A stretch of 62,436 bases of DNA, the filler included. It is 8 parts of 8 records of this genome, joined end to end, with 100 filler letters (N's around TTAATTAATTAA, not from the genome) between each part and the next. Parts side by side here need not be neighbours in the genome. Positions count along the whole stretch, not along the records: positions 40,998 to 46,237 come from SRR31156797_29070; positions 46,338 to 56,987 come from SRR31156797_29083; 6 more parts are not named here. One strand, 5' to 3'. Each line of letters begins with the position of its first letter. Position 1 is the first letter of the stretch. The position numbers and the translations under genes are program-made. The notes under the pieces were generated by a model that had not been told where the DNA came from, searched no databases, and saw nothing but the letters and a program-made list of their open reading frames with translations. This document shows, piece after piece, positions 41,209 through 51,850 of this stretch.

Positions 41209-43194
41209 ATGAAACTAAAGAGCAAACTCACTATTTTCCAAATCGCAACATTGATTATCTCTATTGCGTCACTCTGTTTCATCTTCACTTATCAGCTGAC
41301 CAAGTACTCTGAACATGAGATGAAAGCATACCGCAATAAAATTTATTCCCAGAAACTAACAGAGCTAACAGAACTTATTAACATGGCAGACAAAACTGTT
41401 GCTGCATATTTCAACAAATCAAAAAACATTGAGCTACTAAAAAAAGAGAAAGCACAATCCTTGAAAAAGATTATCGACTCTGTTGCAAGCCAATTAAAAA
41501 CATACAATGAAACCAACTCAAATAAACTTTCCAAGGCGGAACTTAGCGAAGAGCTCAAAGGACTTGTAAAATCAATACGCTACGACGGCAGCAACTATAT
41601 ATGGATCAACGATATGAATGCTGCAATAGTTATGCATCCAGTCTCTACACATCTTGATGGCAAAAACCTGTCCAATATGAAGGATAGTAAAGGTAAATAT
41701 CTGTTCAGAGAAATGGTCAATGTATGCCGCAAGGACGGAGAAGGTATGGTCGACTATTGGTGGAAGAAACCTGACACCCGGAAAGACACTCAAAAAGTCT
41801 CATATGTTAAACTTATCCCTGAACTGGGCTGGGTAATAGGCACCGGAGCCTGGGTTGATGACATCACATCCGAGATGCAAGAAAAAGCACTCGCCCAGCT
41901 GGCTCAAATGCGTATGCAGGACGGCAACTACTTCTGGGTAAATGATCTCGATGCTAAAATGGTCATGCACCCGATAAAACCAGCTCTCAACGGGAAAGAT
42001 CTATCCAGTTTCAAGGACAAAAAAGGAAAGTTCCTTTTCAAAGAAATGGTTGCAGTAGCCAAAAACAAAGGTGAAGGCACCGTGGATTACTGGTGGGGAA
42101 AGCCGGGAAAAACCGGAGTATATCCTAAACTTTCTTTCGTTAAACTGTTTAAGCCCTGGAGCTGGATCATCGGCATGGGCGTATATACTGATGATATTGA
42201 CCAGGCTCTGGCACTCAAAAAGGAAGACTTGCGCCAGACCATACGCTCCATGCTCTACATGGTTATCATAGCAGCGATCATTATCGGACTACTGTTAACC
42301 GTAGCAGCTACAGCTTTTGCCAACAGAATCACAACCTTAATCGGTGCGGAACCGGCTGAACTCTCTGATATTGCTGAAAAGATGTCACACGGCAACCTGA
42401 ACCTCGATCTGGATGCAAACAATGCCCGTGGCGCATTCAAGTCTATTGTAAACATGATCTTCAGCATCAAAAAGGTTGTTAACAATGTCCAAAGCTCCAC
42501 TGAAAATGTATCAGCCGGCAGCGAACAGCTTTCTGCCTCGGCACAGGCCCTGTCTCAAGGAGCAGTTGAACAGTCCAAGGCGGTCGAAGACTTAAGCTCC
42601 GCTATCACATACATGAGCGGAAGCATTCGTGAAACAGCCGAAAACGCGCGCAAGACTGAAGAAATCACAACCATTGCCGCCCAGACCACTAAAAATGGTA
42701 GTCAGGCTGTTCAGAAAAACCTGACAGCCATGACTGAGATTGCTAATAAAATCAGCATTGTCGAAGAAATAGCAAGGCAAACCAACCTGCTCGCCCTAAA
42801 CGCAGCCATCGAAGCAGCAAGAGCCGGGGAACACGGCAAAGGGTTCGCAGTTGTTGCAGCAGAGGTGCGCAAACTGGCAGAAAGAAGCAGGATTGCGGCC
42901 ACAGAAATCAGCGACCTTTCAGTAAACAGCCTTAGCATTGCAAAAGAGACTGAGAACAACCTGAAAGAACTTATGCCTGAAATCGAAACAACGACCAATC
43001 TCATCAAAGAAATTACCGAATCCTGCGACAAACAGGATAGTGAAATACAAAGCGTCCAACAATCAGCCGCGCAATTGGAGATGGTGATTCAACAGAACGC
43101 TTTATCATCAGAACAGGTAGCCGCCACTTCCGAAGAGCTATCCGCACAGGCGGAACAACTTCATTCAGCCATACTATTCTTCAAGCTGAATTAG
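41209..43194 (+). CDS. Methyl-accepting chemotaxis protein with two tandem Cache domains
   Basis: Duplicated NY(I/F)W(I/V)ND..VMHP..GK.L...[49 protein letters not shown]. Confidence 0.95.
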   Translation: MKLKSKLTIFQIATLIISIASLCFIFTYQLTKYSEHEMKAYRNKIYSQKLTELTELINMADKTVAAYFNKSKNIELLKKEKAQSLKKIIDSVASQLKTYNETNSNKLSKAELSEELKGLVKSIRYDGSNYIWINDMNAAIVMHPVSTHLDGKNLSNMKDSKGKYLFREMVNVCRKDGEGMVDYWWKKPDTRKDTQKVSYVKLIPELGWVIGTGAWVDDITSEMQEKALAQLAQMRMQDGNYFWVNDLDAKMVMHPIKPALNGKDLSSFKDKKGKFLFKEMVAVAKNKGEGTVDYWWGKPGKTGVYPKLSFVKLFKPWSWIIGMGVYTDDIDQALALKKEDLRQTIRSMLYMVIIAAIIIGLLLTVAATAFANRITTLIGAEPAELSDIAEKMSHGNLNLDLDANNARGAFKSIVNMIFSIKKVVNNVQSSTENVSAGSEQLSASAQALSQGAVEQSKAVEDLSSAITYMSGSIRETAENARKTEEITTIAAQTTKNGSQAVQKNLTAMTEIANKISIVEEIARQTNLLALNAAIEAARAGEHGKGFAVVAAEVRKLAERSRIAATEISDLSVNSLSIAKETENNLKELMPEIETTTNLIKEITESCDKQDSEIQSVQQSAAQLEMVIQQNALSSEQVAATSEELSAQAEQLHSAILFFKLN

Positions 43195-43206
43195 AAAAGA
43201 GAAAAC

Positions 43207-43239
43207 AAAACCCCCGTTCCAAACGAAACAGGGGGTTTA
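43207..43239. terminator. Bidirectional terminator
   Basis: AAACCCCC...GGGGGTTT stem between convergent genes. Confidence 0.65.
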
Positions 43240-43263
43240 AATTTTCTATGTCCGAAAACTATT

Positions 43264-43815
43264 CTATTTGAAGCTGTCCTCAAAAAGTTTTTCAATAGCT
43301 TTCCTACCGTTATCCTCAAGAAAGCGGGTACCGGTAGCGGTAAAATGACGGTGAGTAATTTTAGGATCACTGCATTCAGCCCATTTTTCCTTTTCCCAAC
43401 AGAACCAGCAATTCTTGTCCTGAGAAAACACGTACAGGGGCTTGTTGCAGATTTTCGCGAACTCAGCACCCCAGCCGGTTCCGCCTTTTACGGTGCCATC
43501 TTCAAGGATATTACCGATGATGAAGATCTCGTGACCGCTATTAACCTGCCAGCAGATGGACTGCAGGACTTTGCGGAAAATAGGAGCGCGGGTAAAGCTG
43601 CGGTTCATCAGCTTGGAAACATAAGTCAGGCTGACATCCTTGCTTTCAAGTTCCTTTTCAGTAAGAACACGCAGACCTCGTTGACGGGCATTCTGGTGAC
43701 CTTCAAAACTGTAGTTAACTTCCTGCAGGCCGTACTTTTCAGCATTCACTCCGAACTCGCTTTCTGTGCCGGAAGCACCGCCACTATATAAAATGAACTC
43801 TTTAGGATTACTCAT
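43264..43815 (-). CDS. SLOG-superfamily (YpsA-like) protein
   Basis: YSGGASGTE, KGGTGWG, KPLYVF, ATGTR motifs; GGAGG RBS. Confidence 0.6.
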   Translation of the reverse strand: MSNPKEFILYSGGASGTESEFGVNAEKYGLQEVNYSFEGHQNARQRGLRVLTEKELESKDVSLTYVSKLMNRSFTRAPIFRKVLQSICWQVNSGHEIFIIGNILEDGTVKGGTGWGAEFAKICNKPLYVFSQDKNCWFCWEKEKWAECSDPKITHRHFTATGTRFLEDNGRKAIEKLFEDSFK

Positions 43816-44354
43816 TTCTTCCTCCAGTGTTGGCTTGTCTAGATTCGTGAAGACGACTGATACATAAAAATGTTCAAGTCCACAATCAGGATTTTCGGTT
43901 GAACTACAATTTGCACCTGACTTGTTGCATACGATAAAATTTAGAACTTATCTACATAAAACAATGATTTTCACGGATTAAGAAATTCTACCCCCTATCC
44001 AAAAGCAATAATTATTCTTTAAAAAGGTGTATAGAAAGAAATTTCCTTCAAAGCCATGTTCAAACAATATAATTCCGTCCGTTTCCACTATGTAAAGAAG
44101 CAAATGCATTAATTATTAATGTATAAACACGAAAATGAACCTTGTTACAAAAATCACAGACTAAAAACAAACGATTATACACCTACAAAAACAGGACAAA
44201 CCTGACACGCATCACATAAACGCAATCACGTGATTTTTTTTCTCAGCAATGCGGTCTAGACAAAGAGTAAAAATAGTGTATTATGTTCTTGTTGATTCGG
44301 GCTGGAAAATCTCAAGACGAAAGTAGCTACGGCCAAACCGTATAGGAGGTTTTT

Positions 44355-44528
44355 ATGAACAAACACAGCACTATAGAAGAGACTCCAGAAGCTTTGAAGA
44401 AATTGGAAAAGAACAATCCTCAAAAGTATCGTTCTGTAAGCAAGCACATTGCTGCCATGGTCAAATCTCTGGATGAACAGGAAAAAAGCAGCTCTTCCGA
44501 CTCAAAAACGGAAGACGATCAGGACTAG
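44355..44528 (+). CDS. Small hypothetical protein (57 aa, absent from the ORF track)
   Basis: AGGAGG RBS; MNKHSTIEETPEALKKLEKNNPQKYRSVSKHIAAMVKSLDEQEKSSSSDSKTEDDQD. Confidence 0.6.
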   Translation: MNKHSTIEETPEALKKLEKNNPQKYRSVSKHIAAMVKSLDEQEKSSSSDSKTEDDQD

Positions 44529-44607
44529 ATCCTGCGCCTCAATCTCTGAAATCTCTGACTCTATCTCACAAGTTGTCAACAAATCCGCAACTCACTAACG
44601 CGTCTGA

Positions 44608-46008
44608 CTAGTTTGAATCAAGCCAGGCGGAAATGCTGTTGACAAAATCGCCGGATAAGCAATCGATCCAATCTTGGTCTGTCCCCATCCCTTCAACTAC
44701 TGAAGGGGTATCATCAATCATGACGATTTGATGGGGGGCAGACTGGAATCCGGTCAACATAACCGGCACCACCCTCTTCCAGTCGCCGCTGACACCTCTA
44801 AAGCCGATAAAAGTCGGCAGACCGTCAGCAAGAGCAGACGCGAGTCTTTCTGGAAATAGACATTCATCAGGATGGTCTATGGTCAGAATAACAAATTTAA
44901 AAAGCCCCGCAGGCAAATTCATGCGGGGCATTTTTTTTGCCCCGTATCCTCTGGCCCAGATGCCTATACGCTCCGCATCCACTTTAGGATGCCCCCGCAA
45001 TTCAGCACACGCCCTTTTCAAACTCGCACCATCAAGGTTATCTACACAAAGAACGACCACATCACGCCCGCAAAGATGACGAGCAACCTCATGAAACTGC
45101 CCATGCGGGATATCAACCCCAAAGCCCCCAAGCACCACAGCCGGAAAGCGCCCCTTTACCGCTGGAACAAATAAATCCCGATCAGCTTCGACCTCGGTAG
45201 AAAAAGCATCCACACGCCCTTTTACCGGATACTCAGCAGCCTCATTGTCTGGCATCCACATGAATCGGTGAATCCAATGCTCATCTCCGGGCAGAAAAAC
45301 GACTGATCCTTTAACAGGCTCATCCTCATCGAAAGAAGGCCCGTAAGTGTATATAAAGTTCCCAAACTCATATTTTTTAAGCTTACGGACCAAACCACTC
45401 TTGCGATCATGTAGAATTAACCGCCCGTGCTCAGCGCGCGCATCAATGATGACAACCTGCCGCCCGGCTGAAGTCTCGTAATGTCCGCGAAAATCATCCT
45501 CATCAAATTCATAGGCAGCTAAAGAAGATAAAGACCGGGCCTCAGAACCACGTTTAAGCACCATGGTTGAATTGCCCACCGTAATGCCCTTACCCTGCCG
45601 CAGGACCACGGTATCAGGATTGTCAGAAGTTCCGGTTTCAATATGAGGATATGATTTAGAAGGCCTATGAACAGCCCCGGTCTCAGCGCTTAACTCAGGC
45701 TGTTTGTCAACAGGAACACTTTTGCGTTCTACACGTTCGAGCTTTGATTTTGAAGTACGCTTACGTGGAACACGGGGAGAAGCGCCTTTTTTGACCTGCT
45801 CGGGCTTATTTGCAATCTTTTCCTTAAACGCAGCCTTAGCCTGCTGCACCTGCTGTTTCGCCACAACCGCTTTCTTATCAAGAATAGAGACAAGCTCGAT
45901 ATCAAGTCCATTGCGGACCTGATAATGAGTCAAACCCACGAAATCAAGCATAAAAATCAGAATTAGAATGTGCATCAGAATGGAAAGCAAAGCGGCAAGG
46001 TATCGCAA
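44608..46008 (-). CDS. Membrane-anchored protein with a degenerate alpha/beta-hydrolase-like C-terminus
   Basis: TonB/TolA-like anchor SILMHILIL; FPAVVL and HPKVDAERIGIWARGYG lacking the GxSxG serine; GGAGG RBS. Confidence 0.6.
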   Translation of the reverse strand: MRYLAALLSILMHILILIFMLDFVGLTHYQVRNGLDIELVSILDKKAVVAKQQVQQAKAAFKEKIANKPEQVKKGASPRVPRKRTSKSKLERVERKSVPVDKQPELSAETGAVHRPSKSYPHIETGTSDNPDTVVLRQGKGITVGNSTMVLKRGSEARSLSSLAAYEFDEDDFRGHYETSAGRQVVIIDARAEHGRLILHDRKSGLVRKLKKYEFGNFIYTYGPSFDEDEPVKGSVVFLPGDEHWIHRFMWMPDNEAAEYPVKGRVDAFSTEVEADRDLFVPAVKGRFPAVVLGGFGVDIPHGQFHEVARHLCGRDVVVLCVDNLDGASLKRACAELRGHPKVDAERIGIWARGYGAKKMPRMNLPAGLFKFVILTIDHPDECLFPERLASALADGLPTFIGFRGVSGDWKRVVPVMLTGFQSAPHQIVMIDDTPSVVEGMGTDQDWIDCLSGDFVNSISAWLDSN

Positions 46009-46165
46009 ATCTCCTCCAAAGGCTTAAAACAGACTTTATTCCTGAATAATTATTTTTTCAACACTTGAAGTGTTTTTTTATTTTATTACAAGATGATAGA
46101 AATTGATTTTCTCTACAACTGAACAGGCAACCAAAAGATATTAAAGCAATAATTTAAATTTTTGG

Positions 46166-46195
46166 TTGACACTTACAAGGATTCCACATAGACAT
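46166..46195 (+). promoter_or_regulatory. Sigma70-type promoter for the tRNA
   Basis: TTGACA at 46166-46171, 17 bp, then a weak -10 (TAGACA). Confidence 0.5.
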
Positions 46196-46209
46196 CTCTT
46201 CACTTGAGT

Positions 46210-46237
46210 CGGGATGTAGCGCAGCCTGGGAGCGCAC
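46210..46237 (+). tRNA. tRNA-Pro 5' half (truncated, anticodon not visible)
   Basis: CGGGATGTAGCGCAGCCTGGGAGCGCAC, typical tRNA-Pro acceptor and D arm. Confidence 0.8.
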
Positions 46238-46337
46238 NNNNNNNNNNNNNNNNNNNNNNNNNNNNNNNNNNNNNNNNNNNNTTAATTAATTAANNNNNNN
46301 NNNNNNNNNNNNNNNNNNNNNNNNNNNNNNNNNNNNN
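46238..46337. other. Artificial contig spacer
   Basis: N run with TTAATTAATTAA. Confidence 0.99.
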
Positions 46338-46338
46338 C

Positions 46339-46506
46339 GGCATGACGGAAATCGTTTTCGGCAGCATTCTGGGATTTCTTATTTTTCAGGAAGCGATTCT
46401 GCCAAGACAGCTTGTCGGCGGGGCCCTGGTAATCGGGAGCGGATTGTTCCTCGTCTTTGACAAGGCGTCCGCCAAGGACGAACTCCGGAGGCGGCTTATT
46501 CCGTAG
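46339..46506 (+). CDS. DMT/EamA transporter C-terminal fragment
   Basis: Manual translation GMTEIVFGSILGFLIFQEAILPRQLVGGALVIGSGLFL... Confidence 0.7.
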   Translation, partial: GMTEIVFGSILGFLIFQEAILPRQLVGGALVIGSGLFLVFDKASAKDELRRRLIP

Positions 46507-46539
46507 CATGAAAGGGTAATTCTTCCACGGCCAAAAAAA

Positions 46540-47118
46540 TCAGGTCGCCAGTTCCGCTTCAAACAGGGCTGTGTTTTTTTCCAGCATTGAACCGGACATC
46601 AGGTCGTCCATGGCCTGCCTGTAGTGTGCTTTTTCAACACCCGGTAAAAGTTCGTTTTTCACTATATGGGCCAAAAGGACTATGTTCTGCATGCGCGCGT
46701 CCAACAGGTCCGGCTTGAAAACCTGCACCAGGCGGATGTTCCTTTCAGCGCAATATTTTTCCAAACGGTCCTCATCTACTTCTTTCGCGCCGGCCACACG
46801 GACTTCCATGGGCTGCCAGACAGCGTTGTAATAAATCAGCGTCCCGCCGTCCTTCAGGGCCGTATCCGCCGCACGAAGTGCTTCGTGCCGTTCCAGGGCC
46901 ACGACCAGGTCGGCCCGGTTTTCCCCGATAAGAGGCGAATGCACACCCTCCCCCAGCCTCAAACTCGAGCGCACTATACCGCCCCGTTGAGCCAGGCCGT
47001 GGGTGTCCACGCCTTTAACTTTATGGCCCGCATGATCCGCGGCCCGTAAGAGCACTTCGCTGAGCATACCGATGCCCTGTCCGCCTACTCCGATCAGATA
47101 CACGTTGTATTCTTTCAT
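46540..47118 (-). CDS. iorB: Indolepyruvate:ferredoxin oxidoreductase beta subunit
   Basis: GVGGQG, THGLAQRGG.V.S.LR.G, HSPLI. Confidence 0.88.
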   Translation of the reverse strand: MKEYNVYLIGVGGQGIGMLSEVLLRAADHAGHKVKGVDTHGLAQRGGIVRSSLRLGEGVHSPLIGENRADLVVALERHEALRAADTALKDGGTLIYYNAVWQPMEVRVAGAKEVDEDRLEKYCAERNIRLVQVFKPDLLDARMQNIVLLAHIVKNELLPGVEKAHYRQAMDDLMSGSMLEKNTALFEAELAT

Positions 47119-47127
47119 ATGCAGCCT

Positions 47128-49020
47128 CTACTTTCCCGGCTCTTCCACAATATGCGGAGCGTCAATGGCAGATGAAGGACAGGTCTGAAGACATGAACCA
47201 TCGCCGATGCATAGGTCATGATTGACATGGACCGTTCCGTCTTCATCCAACTGAAAGCTGGGGCAGCCGAACCGGGAAACGCATTCGTGCAGTTGATCGC
47301 ATTTTTCCTGATCGACGCCCACTTTTCTGGATTTATAATCCGGCTTCCGGCGCTGTTCCCGGGTGAATTTCAGCATACAGGGGTGTTTGGCTATCACCAC
47401 GCTGAACCCGTCGTCGGCCATGGCCTGTTTGACCATATCCGTCAGCTTGGCCTGGTTATACGTATCCGTCTCATATATTTTTTCAATGCCGAAGCCTTCC
47501 AGCACTCTTCGGATAGGAATGCCATCGGTCGGGCCGTTGAAATTTTTCCCGGTTGCGGCATGGTCCTGGTGGCCGGTCATGGCCGTGGTTCCATTTTCCA
47601 TGACAATGAGCGTAATTTTGTGTTTGTTGAAAACAGCATTGATAACTCCCGGAAGTCCGGCGTGGAAAAAGGTGGAATCCCCCAGAAAGGCCACAACCTT
47701 ACGGCTGTCGTTAAACAGGGACAATCCGGCGCCCATGCCGGTGGATGCGCCCATGCACATGAGAAGCTGCCCAACTTCGTACGGCGGAAGCCAACCCAGG
47801 GTGTGGCAGCCTATGTCGGCCACGGAAATATCATGTTCCCCGAGCGCCTTCTTAATGGCGTGAAACGCGCTGCGGTGGCCGCAGCCGGGGCACATCTGCG
47901 CGGGCCTGACCGGCACGGCCGCATCACCAGCCGTCTTTTTCGGCCGATCCGGCAGCATGTCCGGCCAGATATTTTTCAATATACCGTATACCTTGTCCGG
48001 CGTATATTCGCCGACCCAATCCTCTAGGCCGGATTTGCCGTGGATCCTGACGGTCAGGCCTTCGTCAAAAGCCAGGGCCTTGATTTCGGTTTCTATAACG
48101 GCGTCCAGTTCTTCCAGAACCAACACCTCGTCATGATTGGCCAGAAAATCCCGGATCAGCTTTTTCGGGATCGGATGCACCAGGGCTGATTTAAACACAT
48201 CCGGCTTTTCCTCGGCTTCTTCCAGCACATCGAGCAATGAAAGGTAAGGGAGGCCCATGGTAAAGACGCCTCGCCTTCTGGCGCCGTTGTCATCAAATAT
48301 GTTTAAATCAGTTGCTTCCGCGTATTCCCGCACTTCCTCAAGCTGCTTGAGCGCCTGTCTTTTCATGGGAAAGACCGCGGCGGCAATGGGCACGTACGGC
48401 CCGTTCTTCGGATTGAAAAGGGGCGTATCATCGAAATCTTTTGGCTTCCAACCGCCAAAGGACACCCTTTCCTTTTGGTGGCAGACGTGGGTTGTCAGGC
48501 GCAGGATAACGGCCATGCGTTTTTCCCGGGCCAGTCTGGCCGCGGCCATGTAGTATTGGTATACCTCGGTCGGGGAAGCAGGTTCAAAAACCGGTGTATA
48601 GCTGAGCCTGGCGTAATGGGAATTATCCTGTTCGTTCTGGGATGAGTTGGCCCCGGGGTCGTCGCCCAGCACAACAACCATTCCGCCGATTATGTTCATG
48701 TGATTAAGCTGGACAAACGTATCAGAGGCCACATTCAGGCCCACGCTTTTAAAGAATACCGTGGACAACCGTCCGTTCACGGCCGCGCCGTAAGCCACTT
48801 CGGTCGCTACTTTTTCATTGGTGGAAAACTCGAAATAAAACGGCCGCTCGTCCTTTGGTATGGCGCCGATGGCCGCGGCGATTTCCGGAGTTGGAGACCC
48901 TGGATACGAACTGACAACCCGCGTTCTGGATTCGATCATCGCCCGCACTATAGCCGTGTTGCCCATAACGATCTCGGAAAACGGCTCCCGCCGCAGAAGC
49001 ATTTCCCCTAAATGTTTCAT
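47128..49020 (-). CDS. iorA: Indolepyruvate:ferredoxin oxidoreductase alpha subunit
   Basis: YPGSPTPEI, NEKVA, SSQNEQD, CPGCGHR, DIGC, GDSTFFHAG, C-terminal ferredoxin motifs. Confidence 0.92.
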   Translation of the reverse strand: MKHLGEMLLRREPFSEIVMGNTAIVRAMIESRTRVVSSYPGSPTPEIAAAIGAIPKDERPFYFEFSTNEKVATEVAYGAAVNGRLSTVFFKSVGLNVASDTFVQLNHMNIIGGMVVVLGDDPGANSSQNEQDNSHYARLSYTPVFEPASPTEVYQYYMAAARLAREKRMAVILRLTTHVCHQKERVSFGGWKPKDFDDTPLFNPKNGPYVPIAAAVFPMKRQALKQLEEVREYAEATDLNIFDDNGARRRGVFTMGLPYLSLLDVLEEAEEKPDVFKSALVHPIPKKLIRDFLANHDEVLVLEELDAVIETEIKALAFDEGLTVRIHGKSGLEDWVGEYTPDKVYGILKNIWPDMLPDRPKKTAGDAAVPVRPAQMCPGCGHRSAFHAIKKALGEHDISVADIGCHTLGWLPPYEVGQLLMCMGASTGMGAGLSLFNDSRKVVAFLGDSTFFHAGLPGVINAVFNKHKITLIVMENGTTAMTGHQDHAATGKNFNGPTDGIPIRRVLEGFGIEKIYETDTYNQAKLTDMVKQAMADDGFSVVIAKHPCMLKFTREQRRKPDYKSRKVGVDQEKCDQLHECVSRFGCPSFQLDEDGTVHVNHDLCIGDGSCLQTCPSSAIDAPHIVEEPGK

Positions 49021-49142
49021 AAAACGCTCCCTGTCTGAAATGTCTCTGGATAAACTATACTAAGAGTAGAGGGCCGATGCGTTTTTTTCAAGCGCCCGGG
49101 TCGGAGTATTCACCTGGCGATTGTATGGTATCCGAGTCTCCT

Positions 49143-50219
49143 TTAGCGCTCACATGCTGTGCTTTCGGGTCGTCTGGCCAGGTTGTCTTGCCTCTCTGAA
49201 GATATGTTTCTTAGAAAAGAGGTTTTTCCGAACGAACTTCTTATCAACTCGCGATTCAGTTCGTAGGTGTATGGATTAAACTTACCGGTAACATCGCCCT
49301 GTTCGCCTGAATTGATATCCATAACCAAAACCGGACTTTGGCAGGAAAAATCCAAATCCTTCATATTGATTGAGCGCAAATTCCTATTGGCCCTGGTGAA
49401 AAAATGAATCCTTAAATCTTTGTCGTCGTAAACAATACTCCATACAGTGCGCCCGACGGTTACCCTGGAGAGGGACTGAAAGGCGTATTTCACCGGCTGA
49501 GGGTGTCGGGCGGGATCAAAATTTTCAGCCCGGCCCGCAACCGTGATAAAGCGGTTCAATGAGGAACCGGTCCAGGTTGCATTCCAGGTTTTTCTATTAC
49601 TCCACGATTCCAGCGACTTTTTGTAAGTGCTGTTTGTCAGGGCTTTCAGGGGAAGGTCCTCGCCTGTATAGGCTTTCATTTTTCCATCCAGAAATTCAAT
49701 GACGGCGGAACCGCCCCGACGGTCGCTCACCAGGAAATGAACGCCGTATTTCACGCCTGAGGCGGTGGAAATCCTGGCTGTTTTATCGCTGGACATCACA
49801 CATTCCACGGTTTCACATGTATCGAGAATGTACTGTTTCCACTGGGAAGTCCCATCCAGGTAGGGCCGTTTGTCCGGCGGCGGGTATACAGTTGCTCTCA
49901 AGGACATCGTCTCCAGGACCAGTCCCGCCTCATTCATACCGCCAGTGGGACGCTCCCGGCCGTACTGGTTGAAGGTGACGCTCCCGAACCGGGATATCCA
50001 GGTCAGAGGTTCGCTTTTTTCTTCGGGCCTTTTAAATGCAGTTTTTTTAACGCCTCTCTTATTTACCACGATCAAAGCGTCGTCCAGGTCCCAGTCATAG
50101 TTGCGCCCAAAGACATGCCGGTCGCCGGCGTCGATAATAAATGTGCTGCAGGCGAGGCTTTCCGATGCAGCCAAGCAAAGTAGAGCGACGCAGATACTAA
50201 TGATCATAGAAAGTTTCAT
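49143..50219 (-). CDS. Secreted linear amide C-N hydrolase (choloylglycine hydrolase / penicillin V acylase family)
   Basis: Signal peptide ending SLA then nucleophile CSTF; GRNYDW, GMNEAGL, LTNS. Confidence 0.88.
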   Translation of the reverse strand: MKLSMIISICVALLCLAASESLACSTFIIDAGDRHVFGRNYDWDLDDALIVVNKRGVKKTAFKRPEEKSEPLTWISRFGSVTFNQYGRERPTGGMNEAGLVLETMSLRATVYPPPDKRPYLDGTSQWKQYILDTCETVECVMSSDKTARISTASGVKYGVHFLVSDRRGGSAVIEFLDGKMKAYTGEDLPLKALTNSTYKKSLESWSNRKTWNATWTGSSLNRFITVAGRAENFDPARHPQPVKYAFQSLSRVTVGRTVWSIVYDDKDLRIHFFTRANRNLRSINMKDLDFSCQSPVLVMDINSGEQGDVTGKFNPYTYELNRELIRSSFGKTSFLRNISSERQDNLARRPESTACER

Positions 50220-50856
50220 AACTTGCCAGCCTCCTTTAAGACCGCCGGCCAAACGAATTCAATATTGGAATTCGAGCCTTTATAATGGCCTTTCCGGGTG
50301 AATCATGATTTGCGGTAACTGTTCTGCCTTTATTCCTGACTTTATATAAAACACATAGTCTTTATTATCCGGATAATAAATCGACCGGCGGTTGGGAAAA
50401 ACCGATGCTGCTCTAAATGCCGGCTGTATAATTTACCATTGTGAAAGGGTAAGGTGCGTTCTTGTCAACTTCAATGAAAATATTATGTGTCGCCAGTTAA
50501 AAGTAATAGTATTTAATTGATGTTAACAAGGTCAAGGTGTAATTATTAGATAAAGTGAATTTTCACGGCGTGTTGTATTAACCCTCTCCCTGTTTTAAAC
50601 ATTCGTGCGACCGGTTTGATTTTGTAACAGTAAACTTGTTATATTTTGAGAAAAGAACTCTTGTCTGGAGTTCATATCTTTTTTCATCTCGATCCCTGGT
50701 TTGTCGAAATACGTTTATTGGTAAGGAGCCCATAGGCGCGACACTGTTATTTGAGTTCGATCTAACGACAGTAGCGATTATCCGGCTTGAGAGTTAAAAA
50801 TTACGACGTCTGCCTTTGAGTTCGATACGAAGAGGCAACCGACTTAAGAAAGGATT

Positions 50857-51759
50857 ATGGGTATGGCAAGTGAAGAAAGCAAACAAATTCGTGAAATGCT
50901 AATCAATGAAATCGCCCCCGGTTTCAACGGCGCAACGCTTGAAATCCAGCGTCAGACGTTGGAAGCCATGGGGGATCAAACCCCATTACCCGAAAACATT
51001 AAAGTAGAACCAATAATTGCCGGAATGGCTTCCGCTGAATGGATATTCAGTCCTGAATCAAGAGCGGACAGTGCAGTTTTGTATTTGCATGGGGGCGGCC
51101 AGGTAATGGGATCATGCAACACCCACCGTGGTCTCGCCGCTGACTTTGCCCTTGCCTCCGGTGTGCGAGTTCTTAGTCTGGACTATCGACTGGCCCCTGA
51201 AAATCCTCCCCCGGCTGGTATGGAAGATGCCGTAGCAGCCTATCGCTGGCTGCTTGCCCGGGGTTTTGATTCAGAACGGATAGTAATAGCGGGGGATTCG
51301 GCCGGCGGCGGTTTGACAATGTCTGCCTTAATTGCTCTACGAGGCGCCGGCGACCCTATGCCTGCCGCAGGGATTCTGGTTTCCCCCATGGTAGAATATG
51401 CAGTCCTGGGAGAATCAGTAACAGCCCGGGCTCAACACGATCCATGGCTGACCAAACAAACATTAACCGACGTGGCCGGTTGGTTGTGCGGCGATCAGGA
51501 TCCCAAAACGCCCTACATCTCGCCTCTGTTTGCCGAGTTGCACGGCTTGCCTCCGTTGCATATTACGGTTGGTTCCGATGAAATCCTGCTGAGCGACTCC
51601 ACCAGGTTGGCGGACCGGGTCGCCATGGCGGGCGGGGGAGTCACTCTGGAGGTTTGGCCTGACATGTGGCACGTTTTTCAACTTTTTGCTGCTTTTCTCC
51701 CTGAAGGAAAGCAGTCATTGGACAAAATCGGCGCCTTTATCCGGTCCAAAATATCTTGA
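50857..51759 (+). CDS. HSL-family alpha/beta hydrolase (esterase)
   Basis: HGGG, DYRLAPE, GDSAGG, E-I-L-L-S-D, MWHVF. Confidence 0.92.
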   Translation: MGMASEESKQIREMLINEIAPGFNGATLEIQRQTLEAMGDQTPLPENIKVEPIIAGMASAEWIFSPESRADSAVLYLHGGGQVMGSCNTHRGLAADFALASGVRVLSLDYRLAPENPPPAGMEDAVAAYRWLLARGFDSERIVIAGDSAGGGLTMSALIALRGAGDPMPAAGILVSPMVEYAVLGESVTARAQHDPWLTKQTLTDVAGWLCGDQDPKTPYISPLFAELHGLPPLHITVGSDEILLSDSTRLADRVAMAGGGVTLEVWPDMWHVFQLFAAFLPEGKQSLDKIGAFIRSKIS

Positions 51760-51850
51760 CGACGCGTTTGAAAAGAGTAGATGCTGGAGTAGGTTTTGTC
51801 TTAATTGACGTGTTGCCAGGTAAAGACATTCAGGTTGAAGGAGCCGAATA

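Noticed and set aside
50760..50799. ATCTAAC...GTTAAAA as an integron attC site
   Set aside because: Too short, no L-box pairing, and no integrase or cassette array
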